From Octopus vulgaris (lineage: Eukaryota), in assembly GCA_951406725.2 (NCBI GenBank), contig OX597835.1, positions 37,634,001 through 37,698,000 on the forward strand: a stretch of 64,000 bases of DNA. The letters are read 5' to 3'. The position numbers and the translations under genes were made by a program. The notes below the pieces were generated by a model. The model did no database searches. It saw only the letters and a program-made list of their open reading frames with translations, and was not told the DNA's origin. Within the stretch, counting starts at the first letter, position 1, and each line of letters starts with the position of its first letter. This document shows positions 12,631-25,695 of this stretch, one piece after another.

Positions 12631-12904
12631 GTATTGATCTATTGATCCTGAAGTTGGTTTTGGGCCATCTTGTCTTTCCTTCGAGCACAGTATACCTAGG
12701 ACAACATTACACAATGTATCCATTTCTTTAGATTTTTATTTGAGAAAGATTTGGTGGCTATTTCTAGCATATCGATTGACTATATAGAGGCTGTAATTCC
12801 CACTTGGTGCAGCTGTTATTGTTGTTGTTGTTGTTGTTGAAGTAATGAGCCATACATTGCATGAATCCGCTGATCTTCCTCACCCCACGACCTTCATTCC
12901 TCCT

Positions 12905-13410
12905 CCACACACACACAACATTCACACACACACACATACACACACAAACACATACAACTCACACACAAAACATAACAAACATACACAATACACAAGTACA
13001 TACACACACAACACACACACACACACACAACAAACATATACACATGTACACACAACACATACACACACTGACACACAACACACACAACACACACACACAC
13101 ACAATGCACAAATATATACACACACACACAATACACAAGTACATACACACACACACACAATGCACAAATATATACACACACACACAATACACAAGTACAT
13201 ACACACACACACACACAATGCACAAATATATACACACACACACAATACACAAGTACACACACACACACACACAACAAACATATACACTTGTACACACAAT
13301 ACATGCACACATTGACACACAACACACACACAAGGCACAAATATATACACACACACAATACACAAGTACACAAGTACACACACACACACACATGCACACA
13401 TATGTATACT
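12905..13410. repeat. (CA)-derived compound minisatellite
   Basis: Recurring CACAATGCACAAATATATACACACACACACAATACACAAGTACA units. Confidence 0.8.
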
Positions 13411-13687
13411 CATCTCCCTACACCTGATGTCCACCCCTCCCTCTTTCATAACCTCCCCCAACACACACGACCTCCCCACACCTGATGTTTTCTCATCCCT
13501 TCCCACCTCCACACTGACACACCTGTGTTCACTTACCTCTTCCTCCTCCTCCCCTTCCTTCTCTTCCTCCTCCTCTTCCTCTTACAAACTATTCCAAAAA
13601 GCTTCATTTCAAGTACTTTGTTTATATGGAAACTTCTCATCTGTATTCCCCTCACTTCCTGTATCTCTCTTTCTACCTCTATCTGCC

Positions 13688-13734
<47 letters not shown>

Positions 13735-14377
13735 GTTTGTTTCTCTTTTTCTGTTTCCCACTCTCTCTTCCCCTCTCTCACTCTCTATCCCTCTGTCTGT
13801 CTGTCTGTCTCTCCCTCTGTCCCTCTATCTGTCTGTTTGTCTCTCTGTGTCCCTCTCTCTCCCTCTCTGTCTCTCTCCCTCTCTGTCTCTCTCCCTCTCT
13901 GTCTCTCTCTCTATCCTTCTGTCTGTCTGTCTCTCTGTGTTCCTCTCTCTGTCTCTCTCTTTCTATCCCTCTGTCTGTCTGTCTTTCTGTGTCCCTCTCT
14001 CTCTCTTTCTCTCTCTGTCCCTCTCTCTGTCTCTCTCTGTCCCTCTCTATCTCCTTCTCTCCCTCTCTCTCTCATACATACGTACACAAGGTCAGCAATT
14101 TTTAAGTAAGAGGTTAATTGATTTCATTAACACCAGTATTTGACTGGTATTTCATTTTATTGACCCTTGAAAATAATGAAAAGCAAAACTGACCACAGTT
14201 AAATTCGAACTCAGAATGTAAAGAGCTGAACGAAACACGGCCAAGCATTTTGCCAGCTCAATCTTATAATAATTCTGCTTGTCATTACATTACTTAGCTT
14301 ATCAGTAACGCTTTCACATGATTAGAGAAAAAGAGGGAGAGAGAAAAAGAAGACAAGGTGAAGAGTGTGAGGCAGAA

Positions 14378-14428
<51 letters not shown>

Positions 14429-14662
14429 AAATGAGGAAGAGAGAAAAGATGGAGAGAAAAGCATCCATGATATGTGGTAGGAGGAACGTAACATTTATTA
14501 TGTGGTTAAAAAAGTTAGTTGAAGGTAGTGAGATAGAGGAGAGTTAGGAATATAATATTAGCAGAGGGGTGATGTTCTGATGGTGATGTTCTGAAAGAAG
14601 AGAGAGAGAGGGGGGAAGAAAGGCAGAGAGAGAGCGTGGAGACAGAGACAGTGAGAGAGAGA

Positions 14663-14884
14663 TGGCAGAAACGTTAGCACGCTGGGCGAAATGTGTAGCT
14701 GTATTTCGTCTGCCGTTATGTTCTGAGTTCAAATTCCGTCGAGGTCGACTTTGCCTTTCATCCTTTCAGGGTCGATAAATTAAGTACCAGTTACGCACTG
14801 GGGCCAGTGTAATCAACTTAATCTGTTTGTCTGTCCTTGTTTGTCTCCTCTGTATTTAGCCCCTTGTGGTTATTAAAGAAATAG
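14663..14884 (+). mobile_element. SINE family B
   Basis: Full body ending AAAGAAATAG. Confidence 0.8.
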
Positions 14885-14984
14885 GGTGATGGAGGTTGCA
14901 ATGGTGAGTGCATAGTGAAAAGTAATTTAAAAAAAAATTGAACTGAGATTTTTTATATCACCTATCACTTAACACGTATGTATC

Positions 14985-15254
14985 CCAAACTTGCCATTCA
15001 CTTAAGAAAGAAACCAGTTTCCTGTTCACCTGTCACATGCAATGACTATAAATAAATCACAAGGGCAGACATTTGATACAGTGGGGCTGTTCTTGCCTGA
15101 ACCTGTATTTGGCCATGGTCAGCTACATGTTGCATTCTCAAGGGCTTGCAAATTATCTAGTGTGGCAGTTAAAGTTATCAACACTGACAAACAAGGGAAA
15201 AGAAGAGGGAGAACTTAGACGAATAACATAGTCCGCAAAGAAGTATTGGATTGA
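14985..15254 (+). pseudogene. Helitron/PIF1 helicase C-terminal fragment with in-frame stops (absent from ORF track)
   Basis: [53 protein letters not shown]...TNNIVRKEVLD*: PIF1 motifs V and VI. Confidence 0.9.
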
Positions 15255-15488
15255 AAAGTGTACACAAATTGAAATGTATACTAGCTCTGACCCATTGCCT
15301 TGACTTATAAGTTACCATCGATGGGGTTTTCAGACTATGCCATGTGGCATTAAAATTTGATCCCTGTGAAATTGTGACCCTCATATTTTACATATAAAAT
15401 AATATTTTACTATAAAAGTTTTGTTTTCAAGATATAAAATTGTGATTATGTAAATTTTAAAATGTAATCTTTTTGTTTATGGGGGAAA

Positions 15489-15873
15489 TCTCTCTATATA
15501 TAAACGGCAGTTTGTCTGTCTGCGTGTCTGTGTGTCTGTTAGGTTGTACCCTCACCCTGACCACGGCTTTCAACCGATTCTGATGAAACTTGACACACAC
15601 ATAGCCCAATGTCATAATTCAAAACTAACGCAGCGAAAATTTTGAAAAGTTCCCCCAGTTCTGAAAAAAAATCGATAAATTCGACATGGGGTCGAGAATC
15701 AGAAACGCAAACCACAGACTGTCTAGGGGACGCAACTCGACCTTTTTAACTCTCAAAAAAATTTACCATAATTTTTTTTTCAATTTTTTTGCTATTTTTT
15801 GGCTATAACTCTCTAAAAATGCTTTATAGTTATTTTCCTTACAAACCCGAGCAACGCCGGGCGATACTGCTAG
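15489..15873 (+). mobile_element. Non-autonomous Helitron
   Basis: A|TC start, subterminal hairpin CCCGAGCAACGCCGGG, CTAG|T end, no TSD. Confidence 0.85.
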
Positions 15874-15889
15874 TGTAAAATAAAAGTGA

Positions 15890-16585
15890 ATATTTTTATT
15901 AGAACCTTTAGAACAAGAGAACAAGAAACCATGATGGTCCTCTGGAAGACACTTGTCCTAAGCCACTTTGACTATTGCTCTCAGCTATGGTCACCATTCA
16001 GTGTCAAGTTGATCACAGAACTTGAGGCGATCCAACGAAGCTACACGAAGAAGATAGCCTCTGTGCAGCATATAAACTACTGGGAAAGACTCAAGAGATT
16101 AAAGCTCTATTCCCTGGAGCGTAGGCGAGAAAGATATGCCATAATATATATCTCGAAGATCCTGGAAGGACTTGTCCCAAACTTTGGCATCGAGAGTCAC
16201 ACAAATGCCAGAACCGGGCGCCACTGCGTAGTACCAAGGACTCCAAATTTGCCATCAAGATGTAGGGCAAGATACTGTGATAGCCTGGGCTTCAGAGGCC
16301 CACAGCTCTTCAATATCCTCCCGAAGAACCTGAGGGACCTGCATGGTGTAGATGCGGATGTCTTTAAAGTAGGACTGGATCTCTTCCTGTCAGGTGTCCC
16401 GGATGAACCAACTTCACGGCAGGAGGTGCAGATGAGGGCAGCTGCATCGAACTCTCTCATGCACCAAATGGCAGTTGCTAAAAAGCATTCGTGAGGTAAA
16501 ATCATGTAGCAAACCAAATGGCGGTGCCCCAGCATGGCCACAGCTCATTAGCTGAAACTGGAAAAATCAAATCAAAATCAAATTT
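15890..16585 (+). mobile_element. CR1/Jockey-group LINE 3' fragment (ORF2 C-terminus plus 3' tail)
   Basis: LVLSHFDYCSQLWSP...LEAIQRSYTK...YWERLKRLKLYSLERRRER; tail GGCGGTGCCCCAGCATGGCC...CTGAAAC then AAATC repeats. Confidence 0.85.
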
Positions 16586-16819
16586 ATTTTATGAGTGCTG
16601 TGTATTAAGTCTATAAAATTGTGCATAAATTATATAAAGTGCATTAAGTAATCATCGCATTCCAATTCCCTTCACTTTTCAATGAATAACAGATGAGCGA
16701 CTATCTTTCCATGCAGACACAACACAGGCTATGCTTTCAGGCTTTTAGGATAAAGTTTTCAGGAATAACCCAAAAGGTTTACAATTAATTCCATGAAATA
16801 TTCATGGATCTCACTAGTA

Positions 16820-16850
<31 letters not shown>

Positions 16851-17038
16851 TCCTTTCTACTATAGGCACAAGGCCTGGAATTTGTAGGGAGGGGGATAGT
16901 CGATCACATCAACCCCAGTACTTGACTGGTACTTGGACTCCATTGGTGAAGAAGCTTTCATCCTGGTCAAAGAAAAAAGGTCATCAACAGCCAAGGGTTT
17001 TTCATGTTGGGGAAAGAGATATTAGTCAGATGAGGACA

Positions 17039-17070
<32 letters not shown>

Positions 17071-17398
17071 GGCTGGGTCCCAACCCAAGCTGCAGCAACA
17101 AAGTTTATCTGCCATCATCACTGCTTGTGGGTCCTGGACATTCCGGGCCAGTGTCTGTAATCAAGTTGTTGATGTATGTTGATGTTTTCCTCTTCTTGCA
17201 TCACCATGAAGTGGGTTCCACAAGACTAATTTGGATGCTTCCAATTCAGGGTGGTGCACACAGTAACCAGATAGTCAAGCCACTAACTTTTGTATTCGTT
17301 TGTTATATGTTGCTACCATTTCACATTTAGGGCCATTGCGTAGCATCCGTTTGGCCCATTTGGTAATTTCTTTGCCAGTGACCATGTTCCCCTGCCGC

Positions 17399-17617
17399 TG
17401 GCAGAAACATTAGCACGCCGGGCGAAATGCATAGCCGTATTTCGTCTGCCGTTACGTTCTGAGTTCAAATTCCGCCAAGGTCGACTTTGCCTTTCATCTT
17501 TTTGGGGTCGATAAATTAAGTACCAGTTATGCACTGGGGTCGATGTAATCGACTTAATCCGTCTGTCTGTCCTTGTTTGTCCCCTCTGCATTTAACCCCT
17601 TGTGGGTAGTAAAGAAA
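17399..17617 (+). mobile_element. SINE family B
   Basis: Full body copy. Confidence 0.8.
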
Positions 17618-17689
17618 TACATATAATTGCACTGATTCGGGAGTTGCAATGAACAGCATTTTGATTTGCCTGGGCAATTTAGAGTCACA

Positions 17690-18997
17690 AACCAAAGATG
17701 GGGCCAAAACAGAAGAATAAGGAGTGGAATCAACCAGTTCAATTCCACAGTCATGCACACCAGTCATTGAAACTAAGGACTTGTGCAATGGAGCATTGTC
17801 CTGATGAAACAGGACCTTTTTCATCAGTGTTTGGTCTTGGTAGCCTTTTGTAACTGACTCAGCAAGTTGGCACAGAACTAGCCATTGATGGTGTGGCTCT
17901 TTTGAAGATAGTTAATAAGCACACTGTCCTTTGCATCCACACAGAAAACTGAAGCCCTCACCTTCCTTGCAGATGAAATGACTTTGGCTTTGCTGGATCA
18001 AGTGAGGAGGTGTCTTTCCACTGCATGGATTGTCTCTTTGTCTCTGGTTCAAGGTGATGAAGCTAACACTCCATCCTAGCTTAAGAAATGTTCAAGAAAA
18101 CCAGCTGCTTCTGCCTGAAATAATGTTAAATTTTCCCATAATGTGATCAGCCTGATGTGCTTTTGGTCAGGTGTCAAAAGATTTGGCACCCACAGAACAG
18201 AAACGTTCGTCATGCCAAGTTCATTGCGCAGAATATTCTCAACTCTCTCACAGGATATGCTAATAGCATTGACTGTTTGATTTGTAGCCAGTCGTTTGCC
18301 ATCCATCACGATGTGGTGAATATGATCAATGTTTTCCTTGGTGGTGGTAGTTACAGGATGTTCAGACCATGGGTCATCTTGAAAACTCTTCCTTCATCAT
18401 CATCATCGTTAAATGTCCGCTTTCCATGCTAGCATGGGTTGGACGAATGACTGAGGGCTGGTGAACGAGATGGCTGCACCAGGCTCCAATCTTGATCTGG
18501 CAGAGTTTCTACAGCTGGATGCCCTTCCTAATGCCAACCACTCTGAGAGTGTAGTGGGTGCTTCTATGTGCCACCGGCATGGGACCAGTCAGGCGGTACT
18601 GGCAATGACCTTGCCCGAATCTTTTACACATGCCACCGGCACAGGTGCCAGTATGGCGATGCTGGTAACAATCCTTCTCATCCTAAATTTAGCTGCCCAC
18701 TTTTGCACTGTTGATAAAGCTTCAGCATCATCTTCTAATGTAGCTACCATGTCAGCATGTATGTCCTTGTGTCCTTTTTCTGCAGGTACTTCATAATATT
18801 GTGATGTCAAATTTTCCCTATTTATAAGAGAGGTCACTACTAGTAACTTCTGAAGGCTTCTTTGAAAAGTCAGATATTAGTTTATCTGGAAAGAATAATG
18901 TAGTTATTAATAAGAAGGGTTGAAATTAAAGCATGCAAGATTTCACCACTCTAGCATCACTCCTTCATAGTCAGCCTATGAACTTTTCAACCCACAC
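17690..18997 (-). mobile_element. Decayed mariner transposon interrupted by a family C element (18393-18670)
   Basis: STVQKWAAKFR, WVPNLLT (WVPHEL motif), LFHQDNAP, PYSSVLAPS (YSPDLAP motif); TIR-like GGGTTGAAAAGTTCATAGGCTGAC at ~18972-18995. Confidence 0.9.
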
Positions 18998-20339
18998 ACA
19001 CAATAACGATTTTAAAAAGGCAAACATACATACACACACACACTCAGATACACACATACATATACACACATCCAAACATGTCCATGCATACATGCACACA
19101 CCTATTTGTATAGAAATAATAAAAAATATGAAACAATAAAATAATTAGGAAATCTGAAACAATAAAATAATTAAAACAAGATATTCTAAAACAAGATAAT
19201 CTAATAACTAAAACACAAAAGATTACTGGTTCGGTTGTATTAAGGCATTTCACAGCTTTGTTCACTTAACCATTTGTCAAATTATGTTTGAATATAACTG
19301 AATGCACCACTAAACATTATTTGTTGATGAAACACGTAAACATCTTGAGGATAGTCTCTTTGAAGTCCAATATAATGTCTTAATTTTAATTTTATGAGCA
19401 ATCTATCTTTTGCATGTGGTTTATGTTCTGAACTTGATTGTTTAGGTGTTGTTACAACTTTTTCCAAAAGTCAATGACATCAGAGATGCATAATTTTGTC
19501 TCTTAACAGTTTGTTTGATTTTCAGAGAATGGTTATCCTTTATTCATCTTTCTTCTCTGCATTCTATTTGTTGTTTTCCCAGGGAAGGATTTTGTTTTCA
19601 TTTAGCAGAATTTCTTCTTCTTTACCTGTTTTCATTATTTTGTATTGTATGATTTTTGTGATTTGTTTCTCCTTTCATATTTTTCTCTGTCACCATTTCT
19701 TCCTCATCATGTAATGAAGGTGTGTTACTACAGATTGGTAATGATAGCAGACAAGGTCTTTTTTCTTTTACTTGCTTCAGTCATTATACTGTGGCCATGC
19801 TGGAACACCACCTTGAATTTTGGCTTCAAATTTTGGCACTAGCCAAGCCAGCAATTGAAGGAGGTAAATCAATTAGATTGACTCCAGTGCTCAACTGGTT
19901 ATTGTTTTATCAACCCTGAAACATGAAAGGCAAATCCAACTTTGGTAGAATTTGAACTCAGAATGTAAAGACAGACAAAATACCACTAAGCATTTTGCTT
20001 GGAATGGTAATAATTCTACCAGCTTGTTGCATTAATTCATGTATTTATGATACTGAACTTCAAACTATTTCCTTTGCTAGCCCCAGAATTTTGGCTAGTG
20101 GCACTCTGAAGACTAGCAGTTGTTGTTCTTGTTATTGTAGCTCTATATTACTTTTTTTTTTCATTTAGTTTTCCAGTTCTTTGAAATGTTGCTAAGCATT
20201 TTGCTCAATGTGCTTAACGATTCTGCCAGCTCACCACCCTAACAATGATGATGATGATGATGATGATAGAAAAAGGGGCTGACTCTTTTCTTGCTCAGAT
20301 ATGAGATGATAGCAAAAGGGTTTGACTCCTGCCTAGCGC

Positions 20340-20599
20340 AGAGACCAGGAAACCCCGAAATGGCAGAAATTCAAAAGATAGTGCTCATGGGAGCTCCCCA
20401 TATCCTACGTAAAATACTGACTGTGTAATCTCCAATTTTAAAACAAATTTATAATTTTCTTGTTTTCTTAAGCATTCTATAGAACAATACTATGTACAAA
20501 ACCAAATATATGGCACCCTAGGCATAAAACTTGTTAGTTCTTGTCGTCTCTGGATGAGACTTGGAGCCAACTTGTACAAATGCAAAGAAAAAGTCAAAC

Positions 20600-20605
<6 letters not shown>
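20340..20605 (+). mobile_element. R4/Dong-like LINE 3' end running into (TAA)n
   Basis: EIQKIVLMGAPHILRKILTV* resembles the LQK..LLGTA.ILR C-terminus of R4/Dong; short 3' UTR then (TAA)n. Confidence 0.6.
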
Positions 20606-20662
<57 letters not shown>

Positions 20663-20664
<2 letters not shown>

Positions 20665-21220
20665 TACCCTGATGCAGTACCAGACAGTGGCTCACATGGC
20701 TTCTGATCTTAACTGATTGGAAGTGTTATCATATGTACAGCATTTTGTCTTGGTATAAAAGATGGGCTACAGCAAATATTCTGTTCAATACCACAGATTT
20801 GCTTGCCAGTTGTTTGACCTTAACCAGTTGACCATGTCCCTTAGTGACTGACAATATGTGCATCTCTGATCATGAGCAGAAGTAGTGGGGAACATCATAA
20901 CCATGTGTTGAAAGGAATTATTAGAGATTTGGGTAATTCACCTTTGGAAACATGGGTGGTTCGTTCAACATCCTTAAACAACCCTTATTCAGGGATCTTT
21001 TGAGCGGGATGGGCTACTTGACCTGAAGAAAGTTCTAACTGGGCCCCAGCTGCAAGGTCATGCGCTGTTTATCTTAATATGAGATCACCATGTTGCACTC
21101 ATATGGTTGTGATGCATGTACCTGGTGTACCATTATCAGACGGGTAGTCATCGTGGGTATACTGGGCTTTGTATATTTTACCCCAATGTCACTTTGATGG
21201 CATGCACTGCTCTCTCACTC

Positions 21221-21222
<2 letters not shown>
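20663..21222. mobile_element. ~560 bp non-coding repeat flanked on both sides by (TAA)n
   Basis: Similar along its whole length to 49367-49924. Confidence 0.75.
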
Positions 21223-21259
<37 letters not shown>

Positions 21260-21791
21260 TTTAATAACGATGATGCTGGTTTTATTTAATAACAAGTGAT
21301 TTTTATATAGGCCCAGCAAAGGAGGCAGAGTAAGTCAATTACATCAACACTAGGATTTGAATGGTACATTATACCTCTCATTATACACTTGGATTGGATA
21401 TGGTTGGCTTAGATGCTAAAGGGTTAAGGGAAGATGACCTGTGGTCAAAGGACCTCAAAATAAACTTGCATGTCCTAATGACCCCAGAAGGCCACAAAGG
21501 AATACAAGAAATGGTGCCTGGCAAAGTACTGCAACAAAAGGTATGAAATTGGTGATAGATAGTAGAAAGTCTTGTTAGGTCTGTTGCAGTAAAATACATG
21601 TTTTGAGTTCAAATTCCGCTGAGGTCAACTTTGCCTTTCATCCTTTCCGGGTTAATAAAATAAGAACCAGTTGAGAACTGAGGGCTGAGGTATTAGATTT
21701 GTCCTCTGCTCCTTAAGAAAATTTGCCAGTCTTGTATCAAATTTAGAAAGAATTATTGCCATTGTCATAAGAACTGAGAAGATCGACTTAC

Positions 21792-22032
21792 CGTATTTTA
21801 ATGTTGGCAGGGAGAGGCAAGGCAGTTGTTTTTAATACTTTGTCTTGTGGCAATACTGAAATGGATTTAGTATAGCAGACAAGATTCAAAGAACTGGGAA
21901 TGGTGGTTTGCCTCTCAGAACCAACTGAAATCTTCTCGACTATTTCTTTAAGTACCACTTGATGAGGAAAGTAGATGAGGTGGGCGTGGGTGAGATGGAT
22001 GAGTAGCCAGGCGATAGCGACATTATCCAACC
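21792..22032 (-). CDS. Candidate internal exon (241 bp) ending in a SOCS-box-like motif
   Basis: Acceptor TTCATTGCAG, donor GTAAGT, only one open frame: LDNVAIAWLLIHL...IPSSLNLVCYTKSISVLPQDKVLKTTALPLPANIKIR. Confidence 0.45.
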
Positions 22033-22589
22033 CTGCAATGAATTTGTAATGAATGCTGTATGTTGTAATGGTGGTGGTGGTGGTTGTGATGGTGGCGATG
22101 GTGATGGTGGTTGTGATGGTGGTGGTTGTGATGGTGGCGATGGTGGTGGTGAGAATGCTAAGGTCAATGCCATTGAGAAAGGAAGCGACCTTTTAGTTTA
22201 GCCTGGGGGTCAGTTTGGACACCAAGGAGAACAAAAGCATGAAAGAGGTGGCTGGGAGAGTATGCATGTGTATACATATGTGTGTGTGTGTATGCATTCA
22301 TATGTGTGTTTGTGGGTGCATGTACAGGTGTGTGTGTGTGTGAATGCACGTGCACATGTGTGCATGTCCTGTTCTGATTATGCAGTTGTTTCTTATTCCG
22401 AGAGACATTTATACAAGCATTTTTATAGAAAAGTGACATTTTGTATTATATATGTATGTGTGTGTATACAGAGAGAGAGAGAGAGAAAAAGAGAAAATGG
22501 AAAGTGCCTTTATTTAAAGACACTACAATAGATATGTGAGTGTGTATGTATGTGTGTGTGTCTGTACACCCATTTATATATATATTTTA

Positions 22590-22874
22590 TGGAGATGTAC
22601 TTGCATAGCAAGTGACCTGATCTGAGATCGTATGCTGGAACGAAAACAATTGCAGCGTGGAAGGTGTTTATAAACCATTTAAAAACACACAAAAACCGTT
22701 AAATTCACTTCAACATTTAAAATTAATTTACCAAATTTACCAAAATTCCATGCAGCCCGGAATTTTGTCAGTGAACAGGTTGCGGGTTTCAAAGCGACAA
22801 AAATGTTGAAGTGAATCTAACGGTTTTTGCATGTATTTTTAAATGGCTTAGAAACACCTTCCATGCTGCAATTA
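22590..22874. mobile_element. Fold-back element family H3 with a G3-C8 hammerhead-like motif at 22764-22803 (+)
   Basis: ~70 bp inverted arms (22649-22718 / 22801-22874); central TTTGTCA-GTGAACA-G-GTTGC..GCGAC-AAAA; second copy at 61921-62175. Confidence 0.6.
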
Positions 22875-23006
22875 TATATATATATATCTATATATAATAT
22901 ATATATATAACCGAAACAGGTTAAATTAAAATTTATCTAATATAGCGGCATTTTCAAACTTCATTTTTTACAAATATATACCCACTCGTATATGAGCTAC
23001 TCTTAT

Positions 23007-23050
<44 letters not shown>

Positions 23051-23109
23051 TTTATTGATTTAGTTTCAGCTCACAAGCTGTGGCCATGCTGGGGCACTGC
23101 CATTTTATA

Positions 23110-23290
23110 TAGGAAGAATTCACAAAAATACAAAAGACGAAGATTGATGGTGTAAACAACAAACAGATGTATTAGTATAACGCTCAGGAAGTGAAAAAGT
23201 CTTTAACATTTCAAGCCTACACTCTTCCATAGAAAGGAACAAGGAGAAAAAATAAAGAATGTGTAGTGGCTAGAGATCTATCATGGCGAA
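23110..23290 (-). mobile_element. Family H1 element, decayed
   Basis: Collinear with 6724-6923 and 51251-51440. Confidence 0.65.
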
Positions 23291-23294
23291 TATA

Positions 23295-23326
<32 letters not shown>

Positions 23327-23438
23327 TGTGTGTGTGTGTGTGTGTATATATATGTGTGTGTGTATATATATATATGTGTATATATATGTGTGTGTGTGTG
23401 TATATATATATATATCTATATGTAATTATATATATATA

Positions 23439-23472
<34 letters not shown>

Positions 23473-23507
23473 GTATATATATATGTATGTATGTATATAT
23501 ATATATG

Positions 23508-23557
<50 letters not shown>

Positions 23558-23559
<2 letters not shown>

Positions 23560-23975
23560 CGCAGGAGTGGCTGTGTGGTAAGTAGCTTGCTAACCAACCA
23601 CATGGTTCCGGGTTCAGTCCCACTGCGTGGCATCTTGGGCAAGTGTCTTCTGCTATAGCCCCGGGCCGACCAATGCCTTGTGAGTGGATTTGGTAGACGG
23701 AAACTGAAAGAAGCCTGTCGTATATATGTACATATATATATATATGTATGTGTGTGTTTGTGTGTCTGTGTTTATCCCCCTAGCATTGCTTGACAACCGA
23801 TGCTGGTGTGTTTACATCCCCGTCACTTAGCGGTTCGGCAAAAGAGACCGATAGAATAAGTACTGGGCTTACAAAGAATAAGCCCCGGGGTCGATTTGCT
23901 CGACTAAAAGGTGGTGCTCCAGCATGGCTGCAGTCAAATGACTGAAACAAGTAAAAGAGTAAAAGAGTAAAGAGT
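23558..23975 (+). mobile_element. SINE family A
   Basis: Full-length copy following (TA)n. Confidence 0.85.
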
Positions 23976-24352
23976 ATATATATACACACATATATTTAAT
24001 AATTTTGGACTAATGGATATATGTTGATTAGTGCGTTGATGTGTTGAGTAAAGCACTGGCACAGTTTGGGCTACCTGGTGTCATCTGCAGTTGGGGTATA
24101 TTTCCACTGGATCAACTTCAGGAATTCTGCAGTGTTAGTTGAGATAAAAATAGTAATTTCTTAAGTAATGAAAAAATAGATTTGGTATTCATCTTTATTT
24201 TTGTACAAAGGTCCTTTCATCCCTTCCTGTTACAGTCCCTTATCTGTAGGACTCCATTCAACATGTTATGTTGCATCAATCTTGCAGTCTGGGTCTGATG
24301 AAACCCAAAGTAAAGATAAATACCAAATCCATCTTCTCGTTACTTATGAAAT

Positions 24353-24390
<38 letters not shown>

Positions 24391-24396
24391 TTTTAT

Positions 24397-24532
24397 ACAA
24401 CTTATAAACAAGGGCAAAAGAAAAATTATTTCTAAGCCAATATGCTGATAACAGACTTTAAATCGTCCAAAAGTCTGTTATCAGCATATTGGCATAGAAA
24501 TAATTTTTCTTTTGCCCTTGTTTATAAGTTGT
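24397..24532. repeat. Near-perfect ~63 bp-arm hairpin
   Basis: ACAACTTATAAACAAGGGC...CTGATAACAGACTTT / AAAGTCTGTTATCAG...GCCCTTGTTTATAAGTTGT. Confidence 0.85.
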
Positions 24533-24836
24533 TTATTAAAATTTTAACCTTTACAGGTATTTTGATATGCTGCCACTTTTGATGAAATTTTGTTCTGAAA
24601 AAAATTTTATCCTTATTCTGTATATAAATATTTATATGGTTATCTAACAATATAGGGTGAAATTAAGTATTTGGAATATTTACTAAGCAATTAATATATT
24701 TAGAAATAGCAGTAAGAGTTATAGCTATTCTTTCTACTAAAAGGGAGATCTCAGTAAAAATACAGCACTTGAATGGCAAACACAGACAGGTAAGAGAGAA
24801 TGAAATGACGGCAATCTATCATACAATTTTAAGTCA

Positions 24837-24928
24837 CCTACGGACGTACGTTTCGAAATCAAGTTTTAGGAAAGCATAAGAATTAGATAATTCTACCTTA
24901 CCCAAACTTCTTTTCTCATCAGTGTAGG
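24837..24928 (-). ncRNA. Type I hammerhead ribozyme (inverted copy, one stem I mismatch)
   Basis: CCTACA-CTGATGA-long stem II-GAAA-CGTAC-GTC-CGTAGG. Confidence 0.7.
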
Positions 24929-25110
24929 ATACTACAATTATGAATAATTGAATACAAATTTTGAGATACTAGTATAGACATTGTAGCATGACTGTATTTT
25001 AAATTTTGAGATACTAGAAGGCATCATCTCAACTCAGTGTCAGAGCGAGCCTGAGATGATGCCTTCTAGTATCTCAAAATTTAATATACAATTATTCATA
25101 ATTGTAGTAT

Positions 25111-25203
25111 CCTACGCTGATGAGAAAAGAAGTTTGGGTAAGGTAGAATTATCTAATTCTTATGCTTTCCTAAAACTTGATTTCAGAAACGTACGTCCGT
25201 AGG
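25111..25203 (+). ncRNA. Type I hammerhead ribozyme (extra A before GAAA)
   Basis: CCTACG-CTGATGA(25117-25123)-stem II-a-GAAA(25186-25189)-CGTAC-GTC(25195-25197)-CGTAGG. Confidence 0.7.
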
Positions 25204-25695
25204 TGACTTAAAATTGTATGATAGATTGCCGTCATTTCATTCTCTCTTACCTGTCTGTGTTTGCCATTCAAGTGCTGTATTTTTTACTGAGATCTCCCTT
25301 TTAGTAGAAAGAATAGCTATAACTCTTTGACTGCTATTTCTAAATTCTGTGTGTGGTGAGGCAATTCGTTGCTAAACCCTTAATTGCTTAGTATTACTTA
25401 AATTTTCCTCGAATGAGGCTTTTACATGCCGAAATCTACTTGGTGTAATTAATAATTATTCCAAATTAATTAATTTCCCCCTTTATTGTTACTGATAACC
25501 ATATTTTATCCCAGTAAATGACCACAGCATCTTGTCTTGGCTACACGCGGGTGGAAGGGGGCTGGTGACACAAACTTTCATTCACACTTTGAATTTCGTG
25601 GTACTGGTAATGCTTTGGCTCGCTCTGACACTGAGTTGAGATGATGCCTTCTAGTATCTCAAAATTTAATATACAATTATTCATAATTGTAGTAT

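Noticed and set aside
19282-19620. Protein-like K/E-rich minus-strand stretch
   Set aside because: Multiple stops and no identifiable family; may be UTR or a relic
21361-21546. 61 aa plus-strand ORF followed by GTATGA
   Set aside because: More likely a decayed RTE 3' end; no acceptor found
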